Of a stretch of DNA of 53,334 bases, positions 18,144-28,038 are shown piece after piece. The notes below the pieces were generated by a model. It saw only the letters and a list, made by a program, of their open reading frames with translations. It made no database searches and had not been told where the DNA came from. The DNA lies in the IMG/VR virus record IMGVR_UViG_3300010399_000010, positions 1 to 53,334 of that record; one strand, written 5' to 3'. The position numbers and the translations under genes were made by a program. Position 1 is the stretch's first letter. Every line of letters begins with the position of its first letter. Origin of the DNA: a virus. Taxonomy: Duplodnaviria > Caudoviricetes.

Positions 18144-19565
18144 ATGCCGTTTGCCGTTGAAACTCTCATGCCGCTGGTTGCCGGCGTTCCGCTCTCCGTC
18201 TCGCAGGTGGTGGAACTGCTCCGCCAGAACGCGATTGCGCTCGACGGCCTGGCCTACCGCGACATGCCGCTCTTTGACAGTATGGCGAGCAACCCCAGCT
18301 ACGACGCGCATCCAAGCGGGGATTTTCTGCTCGGCCGCTGGTCACTCAAGTACATCAGCGGCCTCACGAGCCTGATCGTCACCGGCACGGCCAGCGGCTC
18401 TACGGGCGGCCTCAGTATTTCCATCAATAGCGTGCTGGTGGCCAGTGTCACGCTCGCGGGTATCTGGACCGAGACGATCAGCATCGCGAGCGGCTACGGC
18501 GCGGGCGATCTGCTGCTGATCGATGTATACACCAGCGGGAACACCAACAAGACCAGTAAGATCGTGGTCCACGACATCTACGCCACGCCGCTCTCACTCA
18601 GCGGCTGGACCGCGCCGCCGACGTTCACCGGGGGGTACGCGCCGGATAAGCTCCAGATCCTCGCTGATGATTGTGACTGGCTGCACCGCCGGATGAATAT
18701 GGTGCCGATGCTGCCGACGCTCGCGCACTATTTTCGGAACGGGCGGAACGATCTGGGCAACAGCGGATCGGGCGCCGGCATCATCACGCAGTACACCGGG
18801 AGTGTGCTGCGGCCAGCCGCCAACAGCATCCTGCGGATCGCGGGCTGGGCCAATATCTTGACCAATTTGACCGAGCGGATCAAGGTCTACCTGGGTGGAA
18901 GCCTGGCCTATACGGGCACGACCTGGACCCCCGGCGGGTATGAGATCAATGTGCCTATCGATATTTCGTCGATCGCCGTGGGCACCCGCGCGGAACTGCG
19001 CATCCAGAGTGAGGTGCTCTCGGTCGCCAACAACCTGGGCGAAGACAGCCGCTATTCGTTTATCACCCTCCAGACCGAGGCGGGCGGCGCGGGCTACCCG
19101 GCCCAGACCCCGCCCGCGCCGATCCTCCCACGGCCCGCCAACACCAGCGCCACGACCCTGAACGCGGCGCTGAACGCGATCGGGGCGATGCTCACCGCGA
19201 CCAAGACCACGATCGAGGCGTCCACCGCCTTCACCCGCATCCGGGCCTGTCGGCGTGTCTACGGGTATGACCAGCATGACTGGTCGAAGTTCACCCGCGC
19301 TCACCCGCACCGCTTCAAGCGGCGGGGCGATGTGCTGGATGTGACCGGCAAGGGGCCGCTGATCCTGGGCTACGGCAATCAAATCATGGAAACGGATGAC
19401 GATGGGCATCGGACCTATGCCTACACCTTCGAGCATGAAGAGAGCCTGACCGACTCGAACCTCGTGGAGACCAAGACGATCTATCTCGACAACTTCGCGG
19501 GGCTGGAGGTCGGGATGCCCTACCACATTTTTGGCGCCGACTACGCGGCGGAAAGGCTGTTCTGA
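18144..19565 (+). CDS. Minor tail protein
   Basis: Beta-rich; in the tail module; AGGAG RBS. Confidence 0.65.
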   Translation: MPFAVETLMPLVAGVPLSVSQVVELLRQNAIALDGLAYRDMPLFDSMASNPSYDAHPSGDFLLGRWSLKYISGLTSLIVTGTASGSTGGLSISINSVLVASVTLAGIWTETISIASGYGAGDLLLIDVYTSGNTNKTSKIVVHDIYATPLSLSGWTAPPTFTGGYAPDKLQILADDCDWLHRRMNMVPMLPTLAHYFRNGRNDLGNSGSGAGIITQYTGSVLRPAANSILRIAGWANILTNLTERIKVYLGGSLAYTGTTWTPGGYEINVPIDISSIAVGTRAELRIQSEVLSVANNLGEDSRYSFITLQTEAGGAGYPAQTPPAPILPRPANTSATTLNAALNAIGAMLTATKTTIEASTAFTRIRACRRVYGYDQHDWSKFTRAHPHRFKRRGDVLDVTGKGPLILGYGNQIMETDDDGHRTYAYTFEHEESLTDSNLVETKTIYLDNFAGLEVGMPYHIFGADYAAERLF

Positions 19566-22339
19566 TGCCGGGCAAGAACCGCATCGTCAAGCAAATCAGT
19601 CTCCCCGCCCCCGTCACGGTCGGGTCGGTCGTCACCGCGCAGGCGCCCGACTTCGCCAGTCCCGCGCGCCCGCTGCCCCCCGCGCCGGAGAACCTCGTCT
19701 TAGCAACGACGGTGGAACAGAGCGCCGCGACCCCGACCGCGCGGATCAGCGCCACGTGGTCAAAGCCCACGGGCGTGCAACCGGAACGCTACACGATCCA
19801 GTGGTCGCAGGACTCCAGTTTCCCCGATAACGCGACCAACGGACAGAGCGCGGCGGGGCCAAGTAGCACAATCCCCGGCCTTCCGACCATAACACCCTAC
19901 TATGTCCATGTCGCGGCGTGGGTCAACAATGTGCAGGGCACGTGGTCAGAGACGGTCAGCATCACGACCGCGAACGACACGGTACCGGCCAGCCAGCCGA
20001 CGAGCCTTACCGGGACCTGGATCGGCACGGGCGACCTGCAACTCACGTGGGTCAACCCGCCCGAAACCAACTTTAAGGTTGTCGAGATCAAAATCTACGC
20101 CTCCAGCGGCGGGACGCTGCTCCGCACGATCGAGAGCGCGGCCGGGCGCTTCGTGTACACGGTGGCGATGAATTTGCAAGATACGGCGGGCGTGGGAGAC
20201 GCGAGTCTGTTTATTGAGGCCCGATCGCGCACGTTTAGCAACATCACGAATAACGTGAGTGTGCCGACGCTCACGACCACAAAAGGCAACCCCAACGCGC
20301 CGACGCTTACCCACTCGTGGACGAGTGACCCCGGCACGGCCGGCGCCGATCTTACCCTCACCTGGACCGCGATCAGCGATGCGCGGATCTACCGCCTGGC
20401 GCTGAATGGCGGGACCGCGCGCGAGATCGGCGGCACGACCTACACCTACCCGCTCGACCGTAATATCGCGGATAACACGACCGCTGATCCGACCATCAGC
20501 TACAGCCTGACCGCGGTAGACGGGCTGGGCCAGTCGAGTACCGCCGTCACTGGGACCGCGACCAACGCCGCCCCGCTCGCGCCTACGACCGTCACCATGA
20601 CCACCGGCGGCGTCTCGACGGTTGCGATCACGATTGCCGGCACGCCCCCCGCCGACTTTGCCAGCTACACCGTGCGCGTCCTGCTGAACGGCAGTCCGAT
20701 CGACACGCTGACCAAGAAAGAGGCGTTTTTCGTCTACCAGGCGACGGTGCCAGGGACCTACCAGATCGGTGTGAAAACGGTTGACGTGTTCGGGCAGAGC
20801 AGCAGCAGCGAGACACTCAGTAGCGCCACGCTGCTGGACTTCCTGACCACCGAGAAGCTCCGCGAAGACTCAACCTACTCCGACTCGATCGGGACCAACT
20901 TCACTCTGAGCGCAAATAAGGTGGTCCTGAAGGACGACTCGGTTGGGGGTGGGATTACCTATGCCGCATCAGCGACCGCGTATCGCTGGACCCAGATCGA
21001 GCACCCCCTCACTGAGCGCATCCGGCGTGCCTCAAATAGGTACGGCGCGGTTGGTGGGGGCGGCGCGTCATTCTACCTGGCGCTCTCACTGGACGGAAGT
21101 ACCTGGCGCTGGTTCGCCGGCACGGGCGCGGACGGCTACACGATGGTAGAGCGCGTGGACGAAGCCACAGCGCAGGCAAACGTCAGCCTGAGTACCGCGC
21201 TCGTCAACGGCTGGGTTGAGTTGCCGATCACGATTGAGGCGCGGTACGTCAAACTCTACCACCGCAATACCGGGGCGAGCTACCGGCTCGACGAGTTCTA
21301 CGCCTACACCCTCGTGGTTGCGGACATGATCCGCGCAGGCGACATTCAGACCTTGCACCTGGGCGCGGGCGCGGTGACGGCGACGAAGATCGCTGCCGGC
21401 ACCATCACAGCTACACAACTGAGCGCGACCGCGATCGACAGCATGACGATCACCGGCGCGACGATTCGCAGTGCGGCGAGCGGGGCGCGCTGGGAGGGCA
21501 ACAGCACGCGCCTGTTTGGGACTGATGGCACCACGACGCAGTGGGAGGTGCTGAATAGCACGGGGAAGCTGACGAGCGGCGGCGGAGTCGTTATACAGGA
21601 TGCTGGCGGCATTAGTATTGTTGCCACATCGTCACTGTCCGATATCCGCTCCTATAAATTCTACAAATCCGATGGGACAACCCTTCTGGGCCGGCTATCG
21701 GCGCTCGAATCGGCGTCGCCATCACACAACGTGACTCTTAATGCCGAGCCTGTCGCGGGCGACGATAGCTCACTCTCACTCAACTCATACGCCCCCAGCG
21801 GCGGAAAGACGAGCAACGTTTTCCTTCGCGCGCAAGCTGGAACCCCTTCCGCACTGATAACACTGACGAGCGATGGGACGACGCCGACTATCACCGTGAC
21901 GGCTAGCGGCGGCACGGCAATCAGTAGCGGCGGGCTCAATATGGGCTCTGCGACTGGAGCCGCGACGGGTGAGATCAAGACCAGCGGGGATGTGGTTGTC
22001 GGTACGGGCTCGGTCGCGGTCGCGGCCCTGAACGGAGTGCGCATCGCCCGCGCCGCCGACTGCTACCTCACCGCGAGCGACGGGACGCGCAGTCTGATCG
22101 CGGGCGTTGCCAGTAGCGTGGGCGGGATCGCGGGGACGCTCTCTAATCACGACTTCGCGCTTCGATCCAATAATATCGACCGAATCATACTCAAGGCCAA
22201 CGGAAACGAGGGCTTTTTCGGCAGCGGCGGCGCGGCGAAGCCGACTGTCACGGGAAGCCGGGGCGGGAATGCGGCGCTCGCGAGCTTCCTGACTGGAATC
22301 GCGAGCCTGGGGCTAATCACAGACAGCACCACAGCATAG
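19565..22339 (+). CDS. Tail fibre/host-specificity protein with FN3-like repeats
   Basis: Several P..L....W...Y.I/V FN3-like units; AVTATKIAAGTITA coil. Confidence 0.8.
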   Translation: MPGKNRIVKQISLPAPVTVGSVVTAQAPDFASPARPLPPAPENLVLATTVEQSAATPTARISATWSKPTGVQPERYTIQWSQDSSFPDNATNGQSAAGPSSTIPGLPTITPYYVHVAAWVNNVQGTWSETVSITTANDTVPASQPTSLTGTWIGTGDLQLTWVNPPETNFKVVEIKIYASSGGTLLRTIESAAGRFVYTVAMNLQDTAGVGDASLFIEARSRTFSNITNNVSVPTLTTTKGNPNAPTLTHSWTSDPGTAGADLTLTWTAISDARIYRLALNGGTAREIGGTTYTYPLDRNIADNTTADPTISYSLTAVDGLGQSSTAVTGTATNAAPLAPTTVTMTTGGVSTVAITIAGTPPADFASYTVRVLLNGSPIDTLTKKEAFFVYQATVPGTYQIGVKTVDVFGQSSSSETLSSATLLDFLTTEKLREDSTYSDSIGTNFTLSANKVVLKDDSVGGGITYAASATAYRWTQIEHPLTERIRRASNRYGAVGGGGASFYLALSLDGSTWRWFAGTGADGYTMVERVDEATAQANVSLSTALVNGWVELPITIEARYVKLYHRNTGASYRLDEFYAYTLVVADMIRAGDIQTLHLGAGAVTATKIAAGTITATQLSATAIDSMTITGATIRSAASGARWEGNSTRLFGTDGTTTQWEVLNSTGKLTSGGGVVIQDAGGISIVATSSLSDIRSYKFYKSDGTTLLGRLSALESASPSHNVTLNAEPVAGDDSSLSLNSYAPSGGKTSNVFLRAQAGTPSALITLTSDGTTPTITVTASGGTAISSGGLNMGSATGAATGEIKTSGDVVVGTGSVAVAALNGVRIARAADCYLTASDGTRSLIAGVASSVGGIAGTLSNHDFALRSNNIDRIILKANGNEGFFGSGGAAKPTVTGSRGGNAALASFLTGIASLGLITDSTTA

Positions 22340-22347
22340 GAGGAACC

Positions 22348-22617
22348 ATGGCGAACTTTGATACGACCCGCGCAAAAATTACCAGCGTCACGAATGCCGC
22401 GATCCTCGTCCAAACGATTCAGGCTACATACCGTGACGCAAAAACTGCGCAAGGCTTATTGAATCTCTACACCGCCGGATCGGACACAGTATTCAACTCG
22501 GCGGTGAATGCACTTTTCACATCGGGGGAACGATCGGAACTGGGGCAGATGCTCACACAGCTAAACAGCCTGATCAGCGATTGGGAGGCCAACCACGCCG
22601 CCGTGCTGGGGGTATAG
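22348..22617 (+). CDS. Hypothetical protein
   Basis: AGGAGG RBS. Confidence 0.65.
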   Translation: MANFDTTRAKITSVTNAAILVQTIQATYRDAKTAQGLLNLYTAGSDTVFNSAVNALFTSGERSELGQMLTQLNSLISDWEANHAAVLGV

Positions 22618-22833
22618 ATGGAACACCGGATCTATACCCGCCTGGCCGAACTGGAGCAGGCCGAACGCCAGGCTGAACTGGAACTGATCGTGATCCGCAC
22701 GGTGATCAAGGAACTCCGCGCACTCGTTCAGCCAGAGGCGCCGGTCGTGCCGGTTGAAGAACTAGTTACTGAAGTGCCAACGGAAGTAGCAAACGGAAGG
22801 GGCGCGCCCCCGGTGGACATGAATACAGGATGA
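22618..22833 (+). CDS. Small coiled-coil protein (possible fibre chaperone)
   Basis: Abuts the previous gene; heptad pattern. Confidence 0.55.
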   Translation: MEHRIYTRLAELEQAERQAELELIVIRTVIKELRALVQPEAPVVPVEELVTEVPTEVANGRGAPPVDMNTG

Positions 22834-23206
22834 ACGGCGCATCCGACTGCGCACGCGACGGCGGGGCGTAGGAGATGGTGAACGGACGATCGAGCGAGAT
22901 GTCACCCGCATAACCGTTCGTGATGTAGAGATCCGCCGTGGGATGTGCGTAGGCGCGCCAGCGACGATCGGGCGTCGGGGTCGCGGTCGGGGTTGTATCA
23001 GCGAGTGCCGCCGCCCCACTGGTCGGGAGCGGACTCGGTGTTGGTGTTACCTGGGGGAGCGCGCTCCGGCCGGCCACGATGATCACGATGTGCATGCCAG
23101 GATAGTATTCCCAGGACGATCGTGCATGGCACGGCTCAGGCATAGCAGCCAGCACCGATAGAGGCATCGCCGACAGGGCAAACAAAAGCACAAGCATGAA
23201 TCGCAT
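22766..23206 (-). CDS. Secreted Pro/Thr-linker protein with C-terminal LLLPLAL motif
   Basis: Signal peptide MRFMLVLLFALSAMPLSVLA, TPTP linkers, AAAGGA RBS. Confidence 0.6.
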   Translation of the reverse strand: MRFMLVLLFALSAMPLSVLAAMPEPCHARSSWEYYPGMHIVIIVAGRSALPQVTPTPSPLPTSGAAALADTTPTATPTPDRRWRAYAHPTADLYITNGYAGDISLDRPFTISYAPPSRAQSDAPFILYSCPPGARPFRLLLPLALQ

Positions 23207-23235
23207 AGAGGTATCCTTTCTCAAGGAGTATAACA

Positions 23236-23664
23236 ATGGACATCATTACCCGCAAGGGCTGGCTGAACTCAATCAGCCAAACCAATGAGGACATCCAATG
23301 CGGGACCGCCTACGCGGTCGTCAAGGGCTACACGAAAACGCGCGACGGCGCGAAACAGGACACAACCAATCTGGAGATCGTCGTGCAGCGGCCCGGCGCC
23401 TCAACGGTACTCGTCCAGGTGTTCGCAGATAACGACGGCTATCCCTACGCGGCGGGCGTGCCCGTCCATGTCTTCGACATCGATCCGGCCGCGCTCGGCT
23501 ATCAGATCGACGGCAAGGCCGGGCCAAGTGGGATCGGCTGGCGGTACAATGGCGATCTCGAGATCTCGGCCAATCTGCGCATCTTCAAGGAAGGCGTGGA
23601 GCGCCAGTCCTGGGTGCGCATTGTGCTGCGGGAAGGTGAGGGCGGGGTGTGGGGTGAGGTGTGA
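23236..23664 (+). CDS. Hypothetical protein
   Basis: AAGGAG RBS; ends at a hairpin. Confidence 0.65.
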   Translation: MDIITRKGWLNSISQTNEDIQCGTAYAVVKGYTKTRDGAKQDTTNLEIVVQRPGASTVLVQVFADNDGYPYAAGVPVHVFDIDPAALGYQIDGKAGPSGIGWRYNGDLEISANLRIFKEGVERQSWVRIVLREGEGGVWGEV

Positions 23665-23676
23665 GGGGAGAATCAT

Positions 23677-23703
23677 ACAGCCCCGCCTCTTTCGCGGGGC
23701 TGT
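23677..23703. terminator. Hairpin between convergent genes
   Basis: ACAGCCCCGC-ctctttc-GCGGGGCTGT. Confidence 0.6.
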
Positions 23704-23707
23704 GCTA

Positions 23708-23980
23708 CTACGACACGATCAGGATGCGAATTTCCGATCCATCCGCTTGGAGCAGCTTGATCAGCCGGTCGCGCCCGATCGATGTAATCTCCGCGCGACC
23801 CCGACCCAGATCAGCGGTCCCATCGGGGTAAACCTGGGTGACGAAGATTCCCGCGCCCGCCTTGATCGTGGCCTTTGCGACGGGACGTCCACGCCTGTCA
23901 TCCGCGCGTACCTTAGGCCGCGCCCCGCCGTTGTTGGGGCGGCTGCCGGGTTTGGAGCCGCCCCGCTTTCCTGGTGGCAT
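23708..23980 (-). CDS. Small protein with basic GG..PGSRPNNGG N-terminus
   Basis: TGATG coupling; N-terminus paralogous to 48282-48629. Confidence 0.65.
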   Translation of the reverse strand: MPPGKRGGSKPGSRPNNGGARPKVRADDRRGRPVAKATIKAGAGIFVTQVYPDGTADLGRGRAEITSIGRDRLIKLLQADGSEIRILIVS

Positions 23981-24225
23981 CAGTAGACCTCAACGCCATC
24001 TGGCGGCGTGGGGACGATCGATTCAGGAGCAACAAGTTCGCCAACCCAGCCGTTCCAGTTGGCGCGAATACTGCCCGCATCCAGAAGATGCGCGCCTTGC
24101 ATACCCGAATCCTCGACACGGAAAATCGCGCCACTATTGCGGAACTCGTAAATGGGAAGGATGACATACTCGGTTGTCTCTTGGCCGCTGTCGTCTACGA
24201 AAACCATTTCGATCGCGCCGTGCAT
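23980..24225 (-). CDS. Hypothetical protein (moron)
   Basis: First gene after a consensus promoter. Confidence 0.6.
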   Translation of the reverse strand: MHGAIEMVFVDDSGQETTEYVILPIYEFRNSGAIFRVEDSGMQGAHLLDAGSIRANWNGWVGELVAPESIVPTPPDGVEVY

Positions 24226-24264
24226 TGCTTTTGTCTTTCTGCTATCCGCTGTTCCATTGATTGA

Positions 24265-24292
24265 ATTATAGCAGATAACCAATCAATGTCAA
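24265..24292 (-). promoter_or_regulatory. Sigma70-type promoter with overlapping inverted repeat
   Basis: TTGACA-16-TATAAT; CATTGATTG...CAATCAATG. Confidence 0.8.
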
Positions 24293-24346
24293 GCGCATAT
24301 CGTCGTTTCACGATGCTGCGCTTCTCCGCATCCCCAGTACCTCAGC

Positions 24347-24412
24347 GAGCCCCTGGTCAGGCCCTCGTCAGACCCTCACCAGGGACTCGGCAGACCCTCA
24401 CGAGCCCCTCAC
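24347..24412. repeat. Six degenerate 11-bp tandem units
   Basis: gagcccctggt/caggccctcgt/cagaccctcac/cagggactcgg/cagaccctcac/gagcccctcac. Confidence 0.8.
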
Positions 24413-24413
24413 C

Positions 24414-25142
24414 TTACCCGTTCAGCAGCCGCTCCCGTCCCTCCTGGACCGCCTTCTGCACGATCGCCCGCTTGTCATCTGGTGAGCGCGGATCGGCAGC
24501 CGCGTCGGGGCAGCGCCCGTAATGCCCCCAGAGTTTGGCCGGCGTATCCGTCGCGTGGGGGCAGAACGGACAGGCGAAGGGCTTCATCTCGCGCCGGGCC
24601 TGCTGCTGGCGGGCCGCGTCGTCCGCATCGATCAGGCGGTGCGAAACGGAGGAGTGCAGGAAGACGGAGAGCAAGAGCGCCGCGACCGCTGGCACCAGTC
24701 CCTCGACCAGGGCGGGCGTACCGAAGACGATCCACTGATCGAGCGTGGGCCATACCACCTGACCCGTCTCTACGCCTCCGACAATCCCGAACATGCCCGG
24801 TAAGGCATCGCGCAAGCTGACCATGACCCCAAAGTAGGCGCTCCCCAACGAGCCGATCAGCATGAGGCTGTAGGCTAGCCAGCGCAGCGACGGGTGTTTG
24901 ACCGCCACGCCGGCGGCGCCGATGTAGAGTAGCTCGATCCCCGTCGCGCCAGCGGAACCGATGATCGGGCCGCGCGATGGTCGGTAGAACAGATAGGTCC
25001 CATAGGCCCCGACCGCCCCAAAACAGAGCGTGGCGAGCAGCAGCAGGCGTTCACCCTGGGTCATGAGTTTGGCCCACGCGATCAGGGGCCGAAGCTGCAC
25101 CAGGAACGCGGTGAGACGCTGGAAACTGAATGCCTGGATCAC
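24414..25142 (-). CDS. Multi-TM protein with C-terminal C2HC zinc finger
   Basis: About 4 hydrophobic helices; CPFC-x10-WGHYGRC. Confidence 0.78.
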   Translation of the reverse strand: MIQAFSFQRLTAFLVQLRPLIAWAKLMTQGERLLLLATLCFGAVGAYGTYLFYRPSRGPIIGSAGATGIELLYIGAAGVAVKHPSLRWLAYSLMLIGSLGSAYFGVMVSLRDALPGMFGIVGGVETGQVVWPTLDQWIVFGTPALVEGLVPAVAALLLSVFLHSSVSHRLIDADDAARQQQARREMKPFACPFCPHATDTPAKLWGHYGRCPDAAADPRSPDDKRAIVQKAVQEGRERLLNG

Positions 25143-25921
25143 GGCGTCCCCCTTTTCGGCGTTCTGGTCCAGGGCGTCACCCCGCCCGGCACGCCCAGCG
25201 CGGCCGCCGTCGCGTACACGCTGGTTGAGGTCGCGTCCAGCCGGGCCTGGATCGCCTGAACGGTCGCCGTGCCGTTGGCGGTCGGTAGCGGCGTCGCGGT
25301 CGCGGGCGCGGCGGTGGGTTGCTCCGGCGCCACGATTGGGGCCGGCACTGCGGGTGGCGGGACGGGCGCGGGCGTGGGCGGGGGCGCCAGATCCGGGAGC
25401 CCCGCTGTCTGGGCCTCCGGCACATCAGCGGCCCGCACCCACAGGCGCCCACTCCCCGCGATGTCAAGCTGGACCCAGGAGGCGCCATACACCGCCGTTG
25501 CCGTGTAGGCCCGCCCGGCCTCGATCGCCCCGATCGGCTCCCCCGCTGGCGCGGAGAAGGCCACGAGCGCGCGGGGCAAGCGGGGCAGCCCGGCGGGGGT
25601 AGGCGTGGCGGGCAGAGCCGTGGGGACCGGCAAGGGCGTCGCGGCCGGCCGGACGGGCTGGACCGGGGCAGCCGTGGCGAGCAGGGCAACGAGGAGCGCG
25701 ACCAGGACCACACCAGCGGCGGCCAGGGCGAGTTGGCGGCGCGGGCGGGACGCGACGGGGGCGGGCGGCGTCTCCACCGCTGGCGCGGGCGTGGCACCAA
25801 CGGCAGCGAGCGAGTCGGAGAGCGCGGCGGCAAAAGCCGTGCCTTCCTCCTGATCAAAACCCGGCGCGCGGATGTGGCCAGCCCCGTTGCGATCGGCGTT
25901 CGTAGGAATCCAGGATGCCAT
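25139..25921 (-). CDS. Single-TM Pro-rich protein with SH3-like domain
   Basis: TM helix, PT linkers, ATAVYGASWVQLDIAGSGRLWV. Confidence 0.72.
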   Translation of the reverse strand: MASWIPTNADRNGAGHIRAPGFDQEEGTAFAAALSDSLAAVGATPAPAVETPPAPVASRPRRQLALAAAGVVLVALLVALLATAAPVQPVRPAATPLPVPTALPATPTPAGLPRLPRALVAFSAPAGEPIGAIEAGRAYTATAVYGASWVQLDIAGSGRLWVRAADVPEAQTAGLPDLAPPPTPAPVPPPAVPAPIVAPEQPTAAPATATPLPTANGTATVQAIQARLDATSTSVYATAAALGVPGGVTPWTRTPKRGTP

Positions 25922-25923
25922 GA

Positions 25924-27174
25924 TTATGCCTCCTCACATTCTGTAAAGTAAAAGCTCCCCTTCGCGTCTTGTTCACGCCCAACCAATCCCGCCCCCTCCC
26001 ACGCCGCGATCCGATCACGTGCGGTGCGTTCCGGCTTGCCCAGAACGCCGGCTAATCTGCCCGCGCTCCACGTCCCCGGTAGTTGAGCGAGTGCCGCCTG
26101 ATACTCCGCCGCGTAGCGCGGCGCATCGCGGCGCATCGCGGCGCATCGCGGCGGGGGCGGTTCGGTGGCGACTGGTGGCGGGGTGGCGGGGATGACGGGG
26201 GCGGCGTCCTGATGCGATCTTTGCGAGTCGTTGTACAATCGCTCGCGCAATTCCCGCAACTCCTCCCGCAGTCCCGCCGCCTCTTCCTCCGACCGTCGCG
26301 CCCGCCGCATCAGCTGCTCGTCAGGCGTGACATAATCTGCCGCATCATCATCCGCAATATCCTCGACATAATCAAGGACCGGCTGGAGTTTGTCGACTCC
26401 GCTCGTCAAGAGGTTCGCGACCTGGCGGTAGCCCGCGATCAATTCCTGATCCGGCACGACCGCCAGATGCGCCTCCACGCCATACATATCCTTCCAGCTC
26501 GCCGCGATGCTGCGTAGCGCGTCCTGCTGGACCCGCGCGAAGCCTCCCAGGATGCCCGCTAGCTCGCGCCGCTGGCTGATCGTGAGGCTTGTCAGATCGG
26601 CATTGAGCAGCGTCACCGCGCGGGCGTAGGCGGCGTGCATGGCCGCCTCTTCCATCCGCATCGCCTGCTCGATCCGCCTGACATGCCGGGCCTGCTCGAT
26701 CTGCGCGATCCATTGCTCCGGCGTCACCACGGTCCAGGACAAGGCCGGCACGAACACGCCGGCAATCAGGCTGGTGATGGTCAGCCAGAGCGCCGATCCC
26801 GTGTCCTTGATATTTGACTGCACACCCCACCAGCCGAGTAGTATCTGCCCAGCATAGTAGGTCAGAAAGAAGGCCAGCCCAACGACCGCAATGTAGCCCG
26901 GTGTGGCAAACGCGGTCTTTTGCAGCAGCCGGCCGGCCGGGCTGCTGGGCAAGAGCATCGACCAGAACAGCGGCAGTACCAGGGCGTAGGCCACGACCAT
27001 CAAAAACGCTTGCAGCGCTTGCGGACTCCAGGGTGTGGCCGGCGCGAGCAGATCGACAAACAGCGAGAGCCAGAAGACCCCCGACCCAATCAGACAGAGC
27101 AGGGCAATCCAGCCCAAGGCCGATCGCCCGACCGTGGCGCGCCGTGCGCGCCCGACAGAGGACTCCGTTTCCAT
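25924..27174 (-). CDS. 4-TM + coiled-coil + C-terminal winged-HTH protein
   Basis: Four N-terminal TM helices; WSAGRLAGVLGKPERTARDRIAAWEGAGLV. Confidence 0.8.
   Translation of the reverse strand: METESSVGRARRATVGRSALGWIALLCLIGSGVFWLSLFVDLLAPATPWSPQALQAFLMVVAYALVLPLFWSMLLPSSPAGRLLQKTAFATPGYIAVVGLAFFLTYYAGQILLGWWGVQSNIKDTGSALWLTITSLIAGVFVPALSWTVVTPEQWIAQIEQARHVRRIEQAMRMEEAAMHAAYARAVTLLNADLTSLTISQRRELAGILGGFARVQQDALRSIAASWKDMYGVEAHLAVVPDQELIAGYRQVANLLTSGVDKLQPVLDYVEDIADDDAADYVTPDEQLMRRARRSEEEAAGLREELRELRERLYNDSQRSHQDAAPVIPATPPPVATEPPPPRCAAMRRDAPRYAAEYQAALAQLPGTWSAGRLAGVLGKPERTARDRIAAWEGAGLVGREQDAKGSFYFTECEEA
26117..26153. repeat. 10-bp tandem repeat (CGCGGCGCAT x3.7) inside a CDS
   Basis: Read directly from the sequence. 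Confidence 0.9.
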
Positions 27175-27289
27175 GTCTAGCCTCCACTTCCTTGCGCGGG
27201 CGTGCTATACTCGCACTGCCCGCATTGTCAGGATCAATGCTGGGCCGTTGCCCCCGGCGCTAGGACAAACGCGCGCGGGGGCGTTGTCG

Positions 27290-27484
27290 TTACTCTTCCT
27301 GTAGTTCCTCCGTCGTCGGCGCCGTCTCAACTCCGCTGTCCGATCGCCAGAGCCAGAGGCCGCTGTCAATCTCCTCGATCAGCACGCCGACTTGGCCACG
27401 CGCCGCAACGTCGCATGGCTCATCTGAGCCGGGAAAGGCGCTCTCGCTGATGCGGGCACGGTCGCCGGACCTCCATTCTTTCAC
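27290..27484 (-). CDS. Hypothetical protein
   Basis: GTGA coupling to the J-domain gene. Confidence 0.5.
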   Translation of the reverse strand: MKEWRSGDRARISESAFPGSDEPCDVAARGQVGVLIEEIDSGLWLWRSDSGVETAPTTEELQEE

Positions 27485-28038
27485 TTGCTCTTCTCCTTCC
27501 TGATATAGTCGATCGCCTCATTGAGCGCCTGCTGTGTCCCCGTTGCGCCTGTCCGATCGGGATGAAAGAGCTTCGACAGTGCGCGATACGCGGCCTCAAT
27601 GACCTCGATCGGCGCATTGTTGCGCACGTGTAAGAGCGCATATGGTCCGACGCTCACACCCGGCGGCGTCCCGCTCGGCGCGCTGGCCTGGCCTGGCGCG
27701 GGCAGTGCCGGGAATTCCTGGCGGTAGACTGCCGCGATCTCTGCCGCAAACCCGCGCGCTTCATTCAGTCGTAGCGCCTCCAAAATGAGCCAAATGACCA
27801 GCAGATTATCGACCGCGCGGGCCTGGCGCTGCATGGCGATTTGATACGCCTTGCCACGCCGGGTGTAATGCAACACGACCTTTCGCTCGTCGGGCGTCTG
27901 GTTCTGCTTCGTGCTGCTGCGCGGTGCGAGGATAGCGTCGACTCGCCAGTGCGTGACGCCGCCCCAGCGGGCGAGCTGTTCCTCAATATCGTCGAGGATG
28001 CGCGCCCAGGTCTTTTTGGTGGTGACACTGTAGGGCAT
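27481..28038 (-). CDS. Protein with C-terminal J-domain
   Basis: PYALLHV...IEAAYRALSKLFHPDR...LNEA (HPD motif). Confidence 0.85.
   Translation of the reverse strand: MPYSVTTKKTWARILDDIEEQLARWGGVTHWRVDAILAPRSSTKQNQTPDERKVVLHYTRRGKAYQIAMQRQARAVDNLLVIWLILEALRLNEARGFAAEIAAVYRQEFPALPAPGQASAPSGTPPGVSVGPYALLHVRNNAPIEVIEAAYRALSKLFHPDRTGATGTQQALNEAIDYIRKEKSK

Noticed and set aside
19565-22339. Diversity-generating retroelement target
   Set aside because: No reverse transcriptase motif and no TR/VR pair were noticed.
24347-24412. Mini CRISPR array
   Set aside because: The units are 11 bp with no spacers, and no repeat-spacer array was seen anywhere in the window.
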